Positions 26,716 through 35,258 of a DNA stretch of 64,000 nt are shown in pieces. Position 1 is the stretch's first letter. Every line of letters starts with the position of its first letter. A model generated the notes under the pieces. That model worked only from the letters and a program-made list of their open reading frames with translations, searched no databases and was not told where the DNA came from. Source of the DNA: an uncultured Candidatus Binatia bacterium (lineage in GTDB: Bacteria; Desulfobacterota; Binatia; UBA9968; JAJDTQ01); contig OZ243916.1 in NCBI GenBank assembly GCA_965213675.1, positions 3,136,001 through 3,200,000 on the forward strand, in the 5' to 3' direction. Made by a program: the position numbers and the translations under genes.

Positions 26716-28614
26716 TCAGGCAACCGCGGCTTCGCCCGAGACCTGCGCGACCAACTCCTTCGCTTGCCGATGGATCCCGTCCGCGGTCAGGCCGTACTTC
26801 TCGCGAAGCAGATCCTGGGGACCCTGCTCGATGTACCAGTCGGGCAACCCCAGACACTTCGTCCTGACCCCGACAACACCTTGACTGGACAATAGCTCAA
26901 GAACAGCCGAGCCGAAGCCGCCCATGACGGTGGATTCCTCCACGGTGAGCAGGCACTTCACCTCCCTCGCTACGGCTGCAATCAGGTCCCCGTCAAGCGG
27001 TTTGACGAACCGCGCGTTGATCACCGCGGCGGAGATCCCCTCCTGCGCCAGCCGTGCGGCCGCCTCCACCGCCTGGTGCACGGTCACGCCGATGGCCACC
27101 AGCGCGATGTCCGTGCCTTCCCGTAGAAGTTCGCCCTTGCCCAGGGGCAGCGCCTGCGGCATCGGGTCCATGTCCACGCCGAGACTCGATCCCCGGGGAT
27201 AGCGGACCGCCGCCGGCCTGTCGTAGCTGATGCACGACTTCACCATGTGCTGCAGCTCGTTCTCGTCCTTCGGGGCCATGACCACCATGTTGGGCACGTG
27301 ACGGAGGTAGGCCAGATCGAAGGCGCCGTGGTGGGTGGTGCCGTCCTCGGCCACCAGTCCGCCCCGGTCGATGCAGAACGTCACCGGGAGATTCTGCGTG
27401 GCCACGTCGTGGACTACCTGGTCATAGGCCCGTTGCAGGAAGGTCGAGTAGATGGGGATCACCGGCCTCATGCCTTGGGCGGCCAGGCCCGCGGCAAAGG
27501 TCACGGCGTGCTGCTCGGCGATGCCGACATCGTAGAGCCGCTCGGGGAAGACCTTCTCGAAGGCGCCCAGTCCCGTCCCTTCGGACATGGCCGCGGTGAT
27601 GGCGACGATGCGCGGGTCTTCCTGGGCCAACCGGATCAGGGTGTTGACGGCGAAGCTGCTGTAGGAAGGCCGGGCCGCCGACTTCTTCCGGGGTCTTCCG
27701 GTGTCGCGGTCGAAGGGAGAACTGGCATGGAACCACACCGGGTTGTCCATGGCCGGCCCGTAGCCCAGGCCCTTCTTGGTGACCACGTGCAACAGCGTTG
27801 CGCCGTCCAGCTTGAGCACGTTTTCCAGGGTCGGGAGCAGATGTTCGAACTTGTGGCCGTCGATGGGACCGACGTAGCGGAACCCCAACTCCTCGAACCA
27901 CAACCCGGGCAGCAGCAGGCCCTTGACCAGTTCCTGGGCGCGCCCCGCCAGGCGCTGCACCTGCTCGCCGATGTGCGGTACCTTGCCCAGCACCCGCTTG
28001 GTCTCCTCGGTGACCCGGTCGAAGAACTCGCCGGTGATGGTGCGGTTGAGATATGCGGAGATGGCCCCCACGTTCTTCGAGATGGACATCTGGTTGTCGT
28101 TCAGGATCACCAGCAGGTCCCGCTTCAGGCCGCCCGCGTGCTGCAGGCCCTCCATGGTGAGGCCCGAGGTGAGGGCGCCGTCGCCCACCACGCACACCAC
28201 CCTGTGATCCTGCCCGCGTTGCTCGCGCGCCTCCACGAAGCCCACGGCGGCAGACACGCCCGTGCCCGCGTGGCCCGCGTTGAAGGTGTCGTACGGGCTC
28301 TCTTCGCGTTTGCAGAAACCGCTCAGCCCGCCGTACTGCCGGATGGTGCGGAACGGTTCCTGGCGCCCGGTGAGGAGTTTGTGGGCGTAGGCTTGATTGC
28401 TGGTGTCCCAGACGATGAGATCCCTGGGCGTGTCCAGCAGATAGTGGAGGGCTACGGTGAGTTCCACCACGCCGAGGTTGGAGGCGAGGTGGCCACCGAT
28501 GTTGGAAATGACGGAGAGGATCTCTTCGCGGATCTCTTCGCAAAGGCCCGGGAACTGTTCCGGGGGGAGCTTCTTGAGATCGGTGGGGTCCGCGATCATC
28601 TTGAGGATCGACAT
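26716..28614 (-). CDS. dxs: 1-deoxy-D-xylulose-5-phosphate synthase
   Basis: GGHLASNLG, GDGALT...LNDN, YVGPIDGH, DVGIAEQHAV, YSTFLQRAYDQ, DRGG, RYPRG; start ATG 28614. Confidence 0.95.
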   Translation of the reverse strand: MSILKMIADPTDLKKLPPEQFPGLCEEIREEILSVISNIGGHLASNLGVVELTVALHYLLDTPRDLIVWDTSNQAYAHKLLTGRQEPFRTIRQYGGLSGFCKREESPYDTFNAGHAGTGVSAAVGFVEAREQRGQDHRVVCVVGDGALTSGLTMEGLQHAGGLKRDLLVILNDNQMSISKNVGAISAYLNRTITGEFFDRVTEETKRVLGKVPHIGEQVQRLAGRAQELVKGLLLPGLWFEELGFRYVGPIDGHKFEHLLPTLENVLKLDGATLLHVVTKKGLGYGPAMDNPVWFHASSPFDRDTGRPRKKSAARPSYSSFAVNTLIRLAQEDPRIVAITAAMSEGTGLGAFEKVFPERLYDVGIAEQHAVTFAAGLAAQGMRPVIPIYSTFLQRAYDQVVHDVATQNLPVTFCIDRGGLVAEDGTTHHGAFDLAYLRHVPNMVVMAPKDENELQHMVKSCISYDRPAAVRYPRGSSLGVDMDPMPQALPLGKGELLREGTDIALVAIGVTVHQAVEAAARLAQEGISAAVINARFVKPLDGDLIAAVAREVKCLLTVEESTVMGGFGSAVLELLSSQGVVGVRTKCLGLPDWYIEQGPQDLLREKYGLTADGIHRQAKELVAQVSGEAAVA

Positions 28615-28820
28615 GCGACTGTCTCCCACTAAAACCGGAGAAATCCGAGAGGAGCGAAACGCAAGCTTCGCAGGAACGCAAGCCACTGTCAAACGCCGGA
28701 CGTCTCCTAACCCCTTGCGATACAAAGAGAAACCATGTGTGCACCGTTGTGGACGGCGGCGTCCCCCGCGGGCCGCCTCCGGGTCCTGCGCCGCTCCGGG
28801 CAAGCATCCGGGTCGCGGTC

Positions 28821-28850
28821 TTGACCCTTGGCGCGGCGGGACGCTATATA
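28821..28850 (+). promoter_or_regulatory. Putative sigma70 promoter for the cupin-EutA-Mo enzyme operon
   Basis: TTGACC-N18-TATATA ~120 bp upstream of ATG. Confidence 0.5.
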
Positions 28851-28971
28851 GGCCTGTGTCTTGTCGGGCTGGACGGGCGCCAGCCCGTTTCCATTCCCCG
28901 AGCCTCATTCCCGGACGACTCACATTCCGGGACAACCACGTTTCTCCAAATACAAATCAAGGAGCGGTACC

Positions 28972-30102
28972 ATGGGAGAAGATATCAGCGAAGCCGTATC
29001 GGAAAAGACCAAGTTCACCTACGACCACTGGATGGAGTCCCTGGGGCTGCCGATCCACACGGGCTACTTCATCGGCGATCTGCGCACCTGCGACCTGGAG
29101 TGGTGGGAGGACCGCAAGTGCAAGGCGGCGTTCATGCAGCTCATGGGACAGGAAGGCGTCACCGGAGCGTGGATCCAGGAGGTCGCGCCCGGCGAGTCCA
29201 CGCCGCCCGTGCGGTTTTCCCTCGATGAGGTGGTCTACGTGGTCGAGGGCCGTGGCACCACCACCGTGTGGCGCGACGACAACAGCGACAAGAAGACCTT
29301 CGAGTGGCACAACAACAGCATGTTCATCGTGCCGCGCAACTATCACTATACGATCAACAACATGCAGGGCGACAAGGTGGTGCGCATGCTGCACTACAAC
29401 TACCTGCCGCTGGCCATGTCCGCGGTGGGAGACCCGGAGTTCTTCTTCAACAACCCGTTCTCCGGCCAGGACGTCATCGCTGCCCAGGACGGCGAATTCT
29501 ACTCCGAGGCCAAGATGGTGACGGACTCGGGCAAGTGGAACGTGTGGAACCGGCGCGTCTACTGGTATGGCAACTTCTTCCCGGACATGCGCGCGTGGGA
29601 CAAGCTGGACGAGAACAAGAAGCGCGGTGCCGGCGGCCACAGCGTGTTCATCGAGTTCCCCAACTCCGAACTTTCCTGTCACATGTCGGTATTCGCGGCG
29701 CGCACCTACAAGAAGGCGCACCGCCACGGTCCGGGCCGGGTCATCGTCATTCCCGCGGGCGAGGGCTACTCGATCCTGTGGGAGGAGGGCAAGGAGAAGA
29801 TCGTGGTTCCCTGGCACGAGGCCAGCGTGTTCGTGCCGCCCAACAAGTGGTTCCACCAGCACTTCAACGCCGGCGCCACGCCCGCGCGCTACCTCGCCTT
29901 CCATCCGCCCATGCAGTTCCACGGCTACGCCGAGAAGGTGGAGGATCGTGCCAAGGACCAGATCGAGTACCCGCAGGAGGATCCGTTCGTCAGGCAGAAG
30001 TTCGAGGACGAGCTGGCCAAGCGCGGCACCACCAGCCTGATGCACGAGGAAGCGTACACCAACCCCGACTACGAGTGGTCCAAGGGGATGGGCAAACAGT
30101 AG
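28972..30102 (+). CDS. Bicupin protein
   Basis: Two cupin repeats (EVVYVVEGRGTT; YKKAHRHGPG...PPNKWFHQHFN); AAGGAG before ATG. Confidence 0.85.
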   Translation: MGEDISEAVSEKTKFTYDHWMESLGLPIHTGYFIGDLRTCDLEWWEDRKCKAAFMQLMGQEGVTGAWIQEVAPGESTPPVRFSLDEVVYVVEGRGTTTVWRDDNSDKKTFEWHNNSMFIVPRNYHYTINNMQGDKVVRMLHYNYLPLAMSAVGDPEFFFNNPFSGQDVIAAQDGEFYSEAKMVTDSGKWNVWNRRVYWYGNFFPDMRAWDKLDENKKRGAGGHSVFIEFPNSELSCHMSVFAARTYKKAHRHGPGRVIVIPAGEGYSILWEEGKEKIVVPWHEASVFVPPNKWFHQHFNAGATPARYLAFHPPMQFHGYAEKVEDRAKDQIEYPQEDPFVRQKFEDELAKRGTTSLMHEEAYTNPDYEWSKGMGKQ

Positions 30103-30129
30103 CGCCCGGAAAGCCCGAGACAGCAAACC

Positions 30130-31650
30130 ATGCACGACGACGCAGACAACCCCGAACACTTTCATCCGGGCCCCGATGCCATCGTGGAGGACATCGAAGG
30201 CGTCGAGATGTTCTCGCTTACCAGCGTGGGCATCGACATCGGCTCCTCCACGTCGCATCTGGTCTTTTCCCACTTGACGCTCCGGCGTGAAGGGGCCGGG
30301 CTCTCGGCCCGCTTCAGGGTCACCGATCGGGAAGTGCTGTACCGTTCGCCCATCATGCTGACGCCGTACAGTTCCGGGACCCTCATCGACATGGCCAGGG
30401 TGCAGGACTTCATCCACGAGTCCTACCGCGTGGCCGGCTACACCCATGACGACATCGACACCGGCGCGGTGGTGATCACCGGGGAGGCCCTCAACAAGGA
30501 GAACTCCCGGCCGATCCTCGAGTACTTTGCCAAGGACTCGGGCAAGTTCATCTGCGCGTCGGCGGGACCCAACCACGAGGCGTTGCTGGCGGCCTACGGC
30601 TGCGGCGCGGTGGACCTGTCCAAATCGGCCAATGCCACGGTGCTCAACATCGATATGGGTGGGGGCACCACCAAGCTGTCGGTGATACGGGACGGAACCG
30701 TCACGCAGACCGCGGCCATCAGCGTGGGCGCGCGCCTCATCGCCTTCGACGAGAACAACGTGGTGACGCGGGTGGAGTTGCCCGCGACGCACATCACCCG
30801 GGATCTGGGCTCCCAGGTGGAAGTGGGCCAGACCGTCAGCGACGACCTCAAGCAGAGGTTCGCCTCCTACATGGCCGACTATCTCTTCCACGTCATCCAG
30901 GCCAAGCCGCTGTCCGACCTGGAGACGCACCTGCTGGTGACCGATCTGCTGCCCGACTACCGCGGCCTGGAGAGCATCGACCATATCGTATTCTCCGGCG
31001 GCGTGTCCGAGCACATCTACAATCACGAGGTACCGTCCTACGGCGATGTGGGCCCTTTCCTCGGCAAGGAGATCCGCGACCGCATCGCGGAGCTCAATCG
31101 GGCGGATTTGGTCAAGGAGCCGGTGGAGGGCATCCGCGCCACCGTCATCGGGGCCGGCGAATACACGATCCAGGCCAGTGGCAACACCAGCTACATCTCC
31201 AGCGAGTCGCCGCTGCCGGTGTACGGCCTGCAGGTGGTGAAGGCCCTCGTCAACGAGGAGTGCGACGTCCAGGGCACCATTCGGACGGCGCTGGCCAAGT
31301 TCGACCTGCAACAGTTCAAGCCTGGCCTGGCCTTGGCCCTGGGCCTGGAAGGCGTACCCAACTACAAATACATCCGGCGGGTGGCTGAAGGGATCGCCGC
31401 GGTGGTCAACGACCCGGACACGTCGGGGGAGGGCGATGCCCACGTCTTTCTGATCCTCGACATGGACGTGGCCAAGTCTTTGGGCGGCATCCTCAAGGAG
31501 GAGATCAAGGTCGCGCCCGAGGTCATTGCGGTGGACGGCATCGACGTCGGCGACCTGGATTTCATTGACGTGGGCAACGCCATGGGCGTCACCGAGGTCA
31601 TCCCGGTCACCATCCGTTCGTTCATGTTCCCGGAGAGCCGGCTGGTCTGA
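30130..31650 (+). CDS. EutA-like ASKHA ATPase (reactivase family)
   Basis: SVGIDIGSSTSHLVFS, YRSPI, GAVVITGEA, ASAGPNHE, NIDMGGGTTK, FSGGV, IRATVIGA, DFIDVG, IPVTI. Confidence 0.85.
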   Translation: MHDDADNPEHFHPGPDAIVEDIEGVEMFSLTSVGIDIGSSTSHLVFSHLTLRREGAGLSARFRVTDREVLYRSPIMLTPYSSGTLIDMARVQDFIHESYRVAGYTHDDIDTGAVVITGEALNKENSRPILEYFAKDSGKFICASAGPNHEALLAAYGCGAVDLSKSANATVLNIDMGGGTTKLSVIRDGTVTQTAAISVGARLIAFDENNVVTRVELPATHITRDLGSQVEVGQTVSDDLKQRFASYMADYLFHVIQAKPLSDLETHLLVTDLLPDYRGLESIDHIVFSGGVSEHIYNHEVPSYGDVGPFLGKEIRDRIAELNRADLVKEPVEGIRATVIGAGEYTIQASGNTSYISSESPLPVYGLQVVKALVNEECDVQGTIRTALAKFDLQQFKPGLALALGLEGVPNYKYIRRVAEGIAAVVNDPDTSGEGDAHVFLILDMDVAKSLGGILKEEIKVAPEVIAVDGIDVGDLDFIDVGNAMGVTEVIPVTIRSFMFPESRLV

Positions 31651-31713
31651 GCGCGACGCGTTGGGCTCGGCCGGAGAAATCGCACGGTTGGCGGACTATT
31701 CAGAGGTAATCCA

Positions 31714-33942
31714 ATGGCGGAAACACACAGCGTAGGGGTTTCCACACCCCGCATCGACGGTGAGCAGAAGGTGAGCGGCAAGGCCCGGTACGCGGTGGAC
31801 GTCACGTTCCCCGACATGCTCTGGGGCAAGATCCTGCGCAGCCCCATTTCCTACGGCCGCATCAAGAGCATCGATACCCGCAAGGCCATGCAGGTGCCAG
31901 GTGTGGTGGGCATCCTCACCGGTGAAGACGTTGCCGGACTGCGCATCGGGCGCCGCGTGGTGGACATGCCCATCGTCGCCGACGGCATGGTGCGATTCAT
32001 CGGCGAGAAGGTGGCCGCGGTGTCCGCGGAGACCGAGGACGCGGCCGAGGAAGCCGCGGCGCTCATCGAGGTGGAGTACGAGGAACTGGACCCGGTGCTC
32101 GATCCCGTGGAGGCCATGGAGTCCTCGGCGCCGCTGCTGCACCCGGAGGTCCACACCTACCAGGGGCTGCCGCAGAAACTCGACGGCCCCAGCAACCGGG
32201 TCATCTACGTCGACTGGAAGAAGGGCGACATCGACAAGGGTTTCGCCGAGGCGGACGTTATCGTCGAGAACACGTTTACCACGCCCAAGGTGCACCAAGC
32301 CTACATCGAACCCCACTCCTGCGTGGCCAAGACCGACCCGGAGACGGGCGCGGCCGAGATCTGGGCGTGCAGCAAGGTGCCCTACGGCATCCGCGGCCAG
32401 GTGGCCAGAGCCGTGCAGGTGGCGCCGGAGTCCATCGTGGTGCACCCGTGCTACATTGGCGGCGACTTTGGCGGGAAGGGCGATTTCATGGACATCGCCC
32501 TGTGCTATTCGCTGTCCAGGAAGAGCGGCGGGCGGCCGGTGAAGATCGTCATGGACTACGACGAGGAGTTCATCGCCGGGAATCCGCGCCACGCCTCCAT
32601 CATCAAGGTGCGGACCGGGGCCAGGAAGGACGGCACCATCACCGCCCATCACATGGACTTCATCTTCGACACCGGCGCCTACTGCGCGTTCAAGCCCAAT
32701 GGCATCCTCGGCGGACCGCAGAAGTCCCCCGGCCCCTACAACATGCCCAACACGTTCGTGGAAGAGCACATGGTGTACACCAACCAGGTGCCGTGCGGAC
32801 ACATGCGCTCGCCCGGCGACCCGCAGGGGTTCTTCGCCAACGAGAGCCAGCTCGACCTGCTGGCGGAGAAGCTGGGCATGAACCCGGCGGAGTTGCGCAA
32901 GAAGAACCTGCTGGAGGGCGTGCACGACTCGCCGGTGGGCGAGAAGATCGACTACGTGGGCTCCAACGCCGTGTTCGACAAGGCTCTCGAAGAGGTCAAG
33001 TACTATGAGCCCCGGCCCAGGAACGTGGGCAAGGGCATCGGCCTGGTGCAGTGGTCGGTGAACGGCGGCAAGGGGCTGGTGAAGTTCAGGCTCGACGACA
33101 CCGGCACCCTGACCGTGTCTTCAGCCATGCTGGACCAGGGCGTCGGCACCTTCACGCTGTTGGAGCAGATGGCGGAACAGGAGCTCAAGATCCCGGCCGA
33201 CAAGATCCGCTTCGAGCACTTCGACACCAGCGCCGGCATTCAGGACTCCGGCCTCGGCGGCAGCCGCGGCACCCGGGTCTACGGCAACGCCGGCTACGAC
33301 GGCATCATGAAGACACGGGAAGAACTGTTGGAGCACGGCGCCAATGCTCTGGACGCGCCCCGGGAAGACCTCGATCTCGCCGGCGGCCAGGTGGTGCACA
33401 AGGGCGCCGGCCGCGGCATCAGCTATGCCGATGTGGTCAAGGCCAAGGGCTCGGCCATCGAGACCGAGGGGCTTTATGACGACACCTCCAAGGTGGCCGA
33501 CGCCGCCATGTGCGCGCAGATCGCCGAGGTGGAGGTGGACCCCGAAACCGGCAACGTCGAGCTCAAGCGGCTGGTGACGAGCCACAGCACAGGGACCATC
33601 CTGAACCCGCTCATGCACCAGGGCCAGATCGAAGGGGCCAGCATGACCGGCATCGGCTACGGCCTGATGGAGCACCTCATGGTGGACGACGGCAAGGTCA
33701 CCACCGCCAACTTCGGCGACTACAAGATCCCCACCGTCCGGGACATCCCGGAACTGACCACCCTGGTGTCCGAGCACAAGCGCGGCCCCGGCCCCTACAA
33801 CAGCATGGCCATCGGCGAGACCGCCAACATCCCCACCGCCGGCGCCATTGCCAACGCCGTGGCCGACGCCTGCGGCGTCCGCATCACCTCGCTGCCCATC
33901 ACGTCCGAGAAAGTGTTCGAGGCGCTCCAGCGCAAGAGCTGA
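31714..33942 (+). CDS. Xanthine dehydrogenase-family molybdopterin-binding subunit
   Basis: HQAYIEPH, GGDFGGKG, MRSPG, GGSRG, GQIEG, DYKIPT, IGE, ANAVADA, LPIT. Confidence 0.92.
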   Translation: MAETHSVGVSTPRIDGEQKVSGKARYAVDVTFPDMLWGKILRSPISYGRIKSIDTRKAMQVPGVVGILTGEDVAGLRIGRRVVDMPIVADGMVRFIGEKVAAVSAETEDAAEEAAALIEVEYEELDPVLDPVEAMESSAPLLHPEVHTYQGLPQKLDGPSNRVIYVDWKKGDIDKGFAEADVIVENTFTTPKVHQAYIEPHSCVAKTDPETGAAEIWACSKVPYGIRGQVARAVQVAPESIVVHPCYIGGDFGGKGDFMDIALCYSLSRKSGGRPVKIVMDYDEEFIAGNPRHASIIKVRTGARKDGTITAHHMDFIFDTGAYCAFKPNGILGGPQKSPGPYNMPNTFVEEHMVYTNQVPCGHMRSPGDPQGFFANESQLDLLAEKLGMNPAELRKKNLLEGVHDSPVGEKIDYVGSNAVFDKALEEVKYYEPRPRNVGKGIGLVQWSVNGGKGLVKFRLDDTGTLTVSSAMLDQGVGTFTLLEQMAEQELKIPADKIRFEHFDTSAGIQDSGLGGSRGTRVYGNAGYDGIMKTREELLEHGANALDAPREDLDLAGGQVVHKGAGRGISYADVVKAKGSAIETEGLYDDTSKVADAAMCAQIAEVEVDPETGNVELKRLVTSHSTGTILNPLMHQGQIEGASMTGIGYGLMEHLMVDDGKVTTANFGDYKIPTVRDIPELTTLVSEHKRGPGPYNSMAIGETANIPTAGAIANAVADACGVRITSLPITSEKVFEALQRKS

Positions 33943-33968
33943 ACGGCCGGACCGGACATACGCGACGC

Positions 33969-34027
33969 AAGAAGGGGCGGATCGGACTCTCGCGGCAACG
34001 GCGAGGGGACGGTCCGCCCCTTCTTTT
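33969..34027 (+). terminator. Long GC-rich hairpin with T-tail after the Mo-enzyme gene
   Basis: AAGAAGGGGCGGA...TCCGCCCCTTCTT followed by TT. Confidence 0.65.
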
Positions 34028-34394
34028 CGGCCAGTCCGCCGTTGCGGGTCCGGCGGGTCGTGACCTGGGAACCGCATCACATCGTCGATTTGCCAGGAAA
34101 GTTCGTCTTTTTTTGCAAATAGTGCCCTTGATAATCTTCAGAGTGGGTTATCATTATCCATAGGGAGGACGAATAGAATGACCCACACACTCCTGCCGTT
34201 GAGAATTCATCCGGAGCATCTACGTCCGCTTGGCGGACAGAAGGGGTGTTTGCTTTCCCAGCTCGGAAGAAGGCGGCCGATGGGTTGACCGAGGAGGTGC
34301 AGGAAGAGCCTTTCAGGAAACTCTCGCTTCGGAAACAGTCATGGAGGGTCCACAGAACGATCCGGCGGCAACCCGATTCAACGAAGGAGGGAGA

Positions 34395-34748
34395 ATGATT
34401 GAGCTTGATTATTCCCGGCATGCTCAAACTCGCATGCAACAGCGTGCCATCCCGCCCATCATCGTGGAATGGGTATTGGACTACGGTCGCGACTTGCGAC
34501 ACCAAGGGGCGTCCGTCTACTTCCTCAACCGAGAGGATCGGTACAGACTCAAGCGGGAAATTGGTGAGAAGTCTTATGCGCGGATGGAAAATCGACTTGG
34601 CGCTTATGTCGTGATTTCCGATGGGGGCTCCATCATCACGGTGGGGCGGCGTTATCGGCGGTTCAAGCAGGCGACGAACCATTTCAGTGGATGGCGTGGT
34701 TCAACCCGGCGTCCTCGAAGGAGGAGCAGGCACGTCCGGCCTTCCTGA
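34395..34748 (+). CDS. Small DUF4258-like protein (possible RNase-toxin fold)
   Basis: YSRHAQTRMQQRAI...VLDYG...YVVISDGGSIITV; AAGGAGG RBS. Confidence 0.65.
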   Translation: MIELDYSRHAQTRMQQRAIPPIIVEWVLDYGRDLRHQGASVYFLNREDRYRLKREIGEKSYARMENRLGAYVVISDGGSIITVGRRYRRFKQATNHFSGWRGSTRRPRRRSRHVRPS

Positions 34749-34772
34749 ACCCCCCGGCTCCAGTATCCTGTC

Positions 34773-34799
34773 GTAGGGGCGACCGGCGGTCGCCCCTAC
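34773..34799. repeat. GTAG-type REP-like palindrome
   Basis: GTAGGGGCGACCGGCGGTCGCCCCTAC; related copies at 59194-59216 and 3145-3169. Confidence 0.7.
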
Positions 34800-34850
34800 C
34801 CGCCCCATTCCCATGCCTTGCGGCACGTTCCCGACTATTCGGACAGGCTC

Positions 34851-35240
34851 CTAATTCAGCGAATGTGGCTCGCCGAGCAGGAATTCGCCGATCTGGGCGT
34901 CGAAGCGGTCGCCGCCAGCGGTCACCATCTGGTACGTCCCGTGCATGGTGCCGTAGGGGGTGGTGAGGGGGCAACCGGATGTGTACTCGAAGGACTGGCC
35001 TTCTTCCAGGACGGGGCTTTCGCCGACGACGCCGGGTCCCTTGACTTCCTCCACGTTCCCGGTGGCGTCGGTGATGATCCAGTGACGGCTTACGAGCTGC
35101 ACGGTCTCCGAGCCCTCGTTGCTGATCTCCACGGTGTAGAGATAGAACCAGCGATTGTGCTCGGGGAACGAGCGGTTGGGGTCGTACTGGGTCGTGACGT
35201 CCACCCGGACGCCGCGCGTGACGGCCGTTGAGCTACCCAA
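34851..35240 (-). CDS. apaG: ApaG domain protein
   Basis: QLVSRHWIITD, GPGVVGE, FEYTSG, GTMHGTYQM. Confidence 0.92.
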   Translation of the reverse strand: MGSSTAVTRGVRVDVTTQYDPNRSFPEHNRWFYLYTVEISNEGSETVQLVSRHWIITDATGNVEEVKGPGVVGESPVLEEGQSFEYTSGCPLTTPYGTMHGTYQMVTAGGDRFDAQIGEFLLGEPHSLN

Positions 35241-35258
35241 GGGAACCTCCCTGATGAT

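Noticed and set aside
30130-31650. Ethanolamine utilisation locus
   Set aside because: No eutB/eutC, eutH or microcompartment genes in the window; only family-level EutA similarity, so no gene symbol given.
31714-33942. Aerobic CO dehydrogenase CoxL
   Set aside because: Lacks the AYxCSFR active-site motif and adjacent coxM/coxS.
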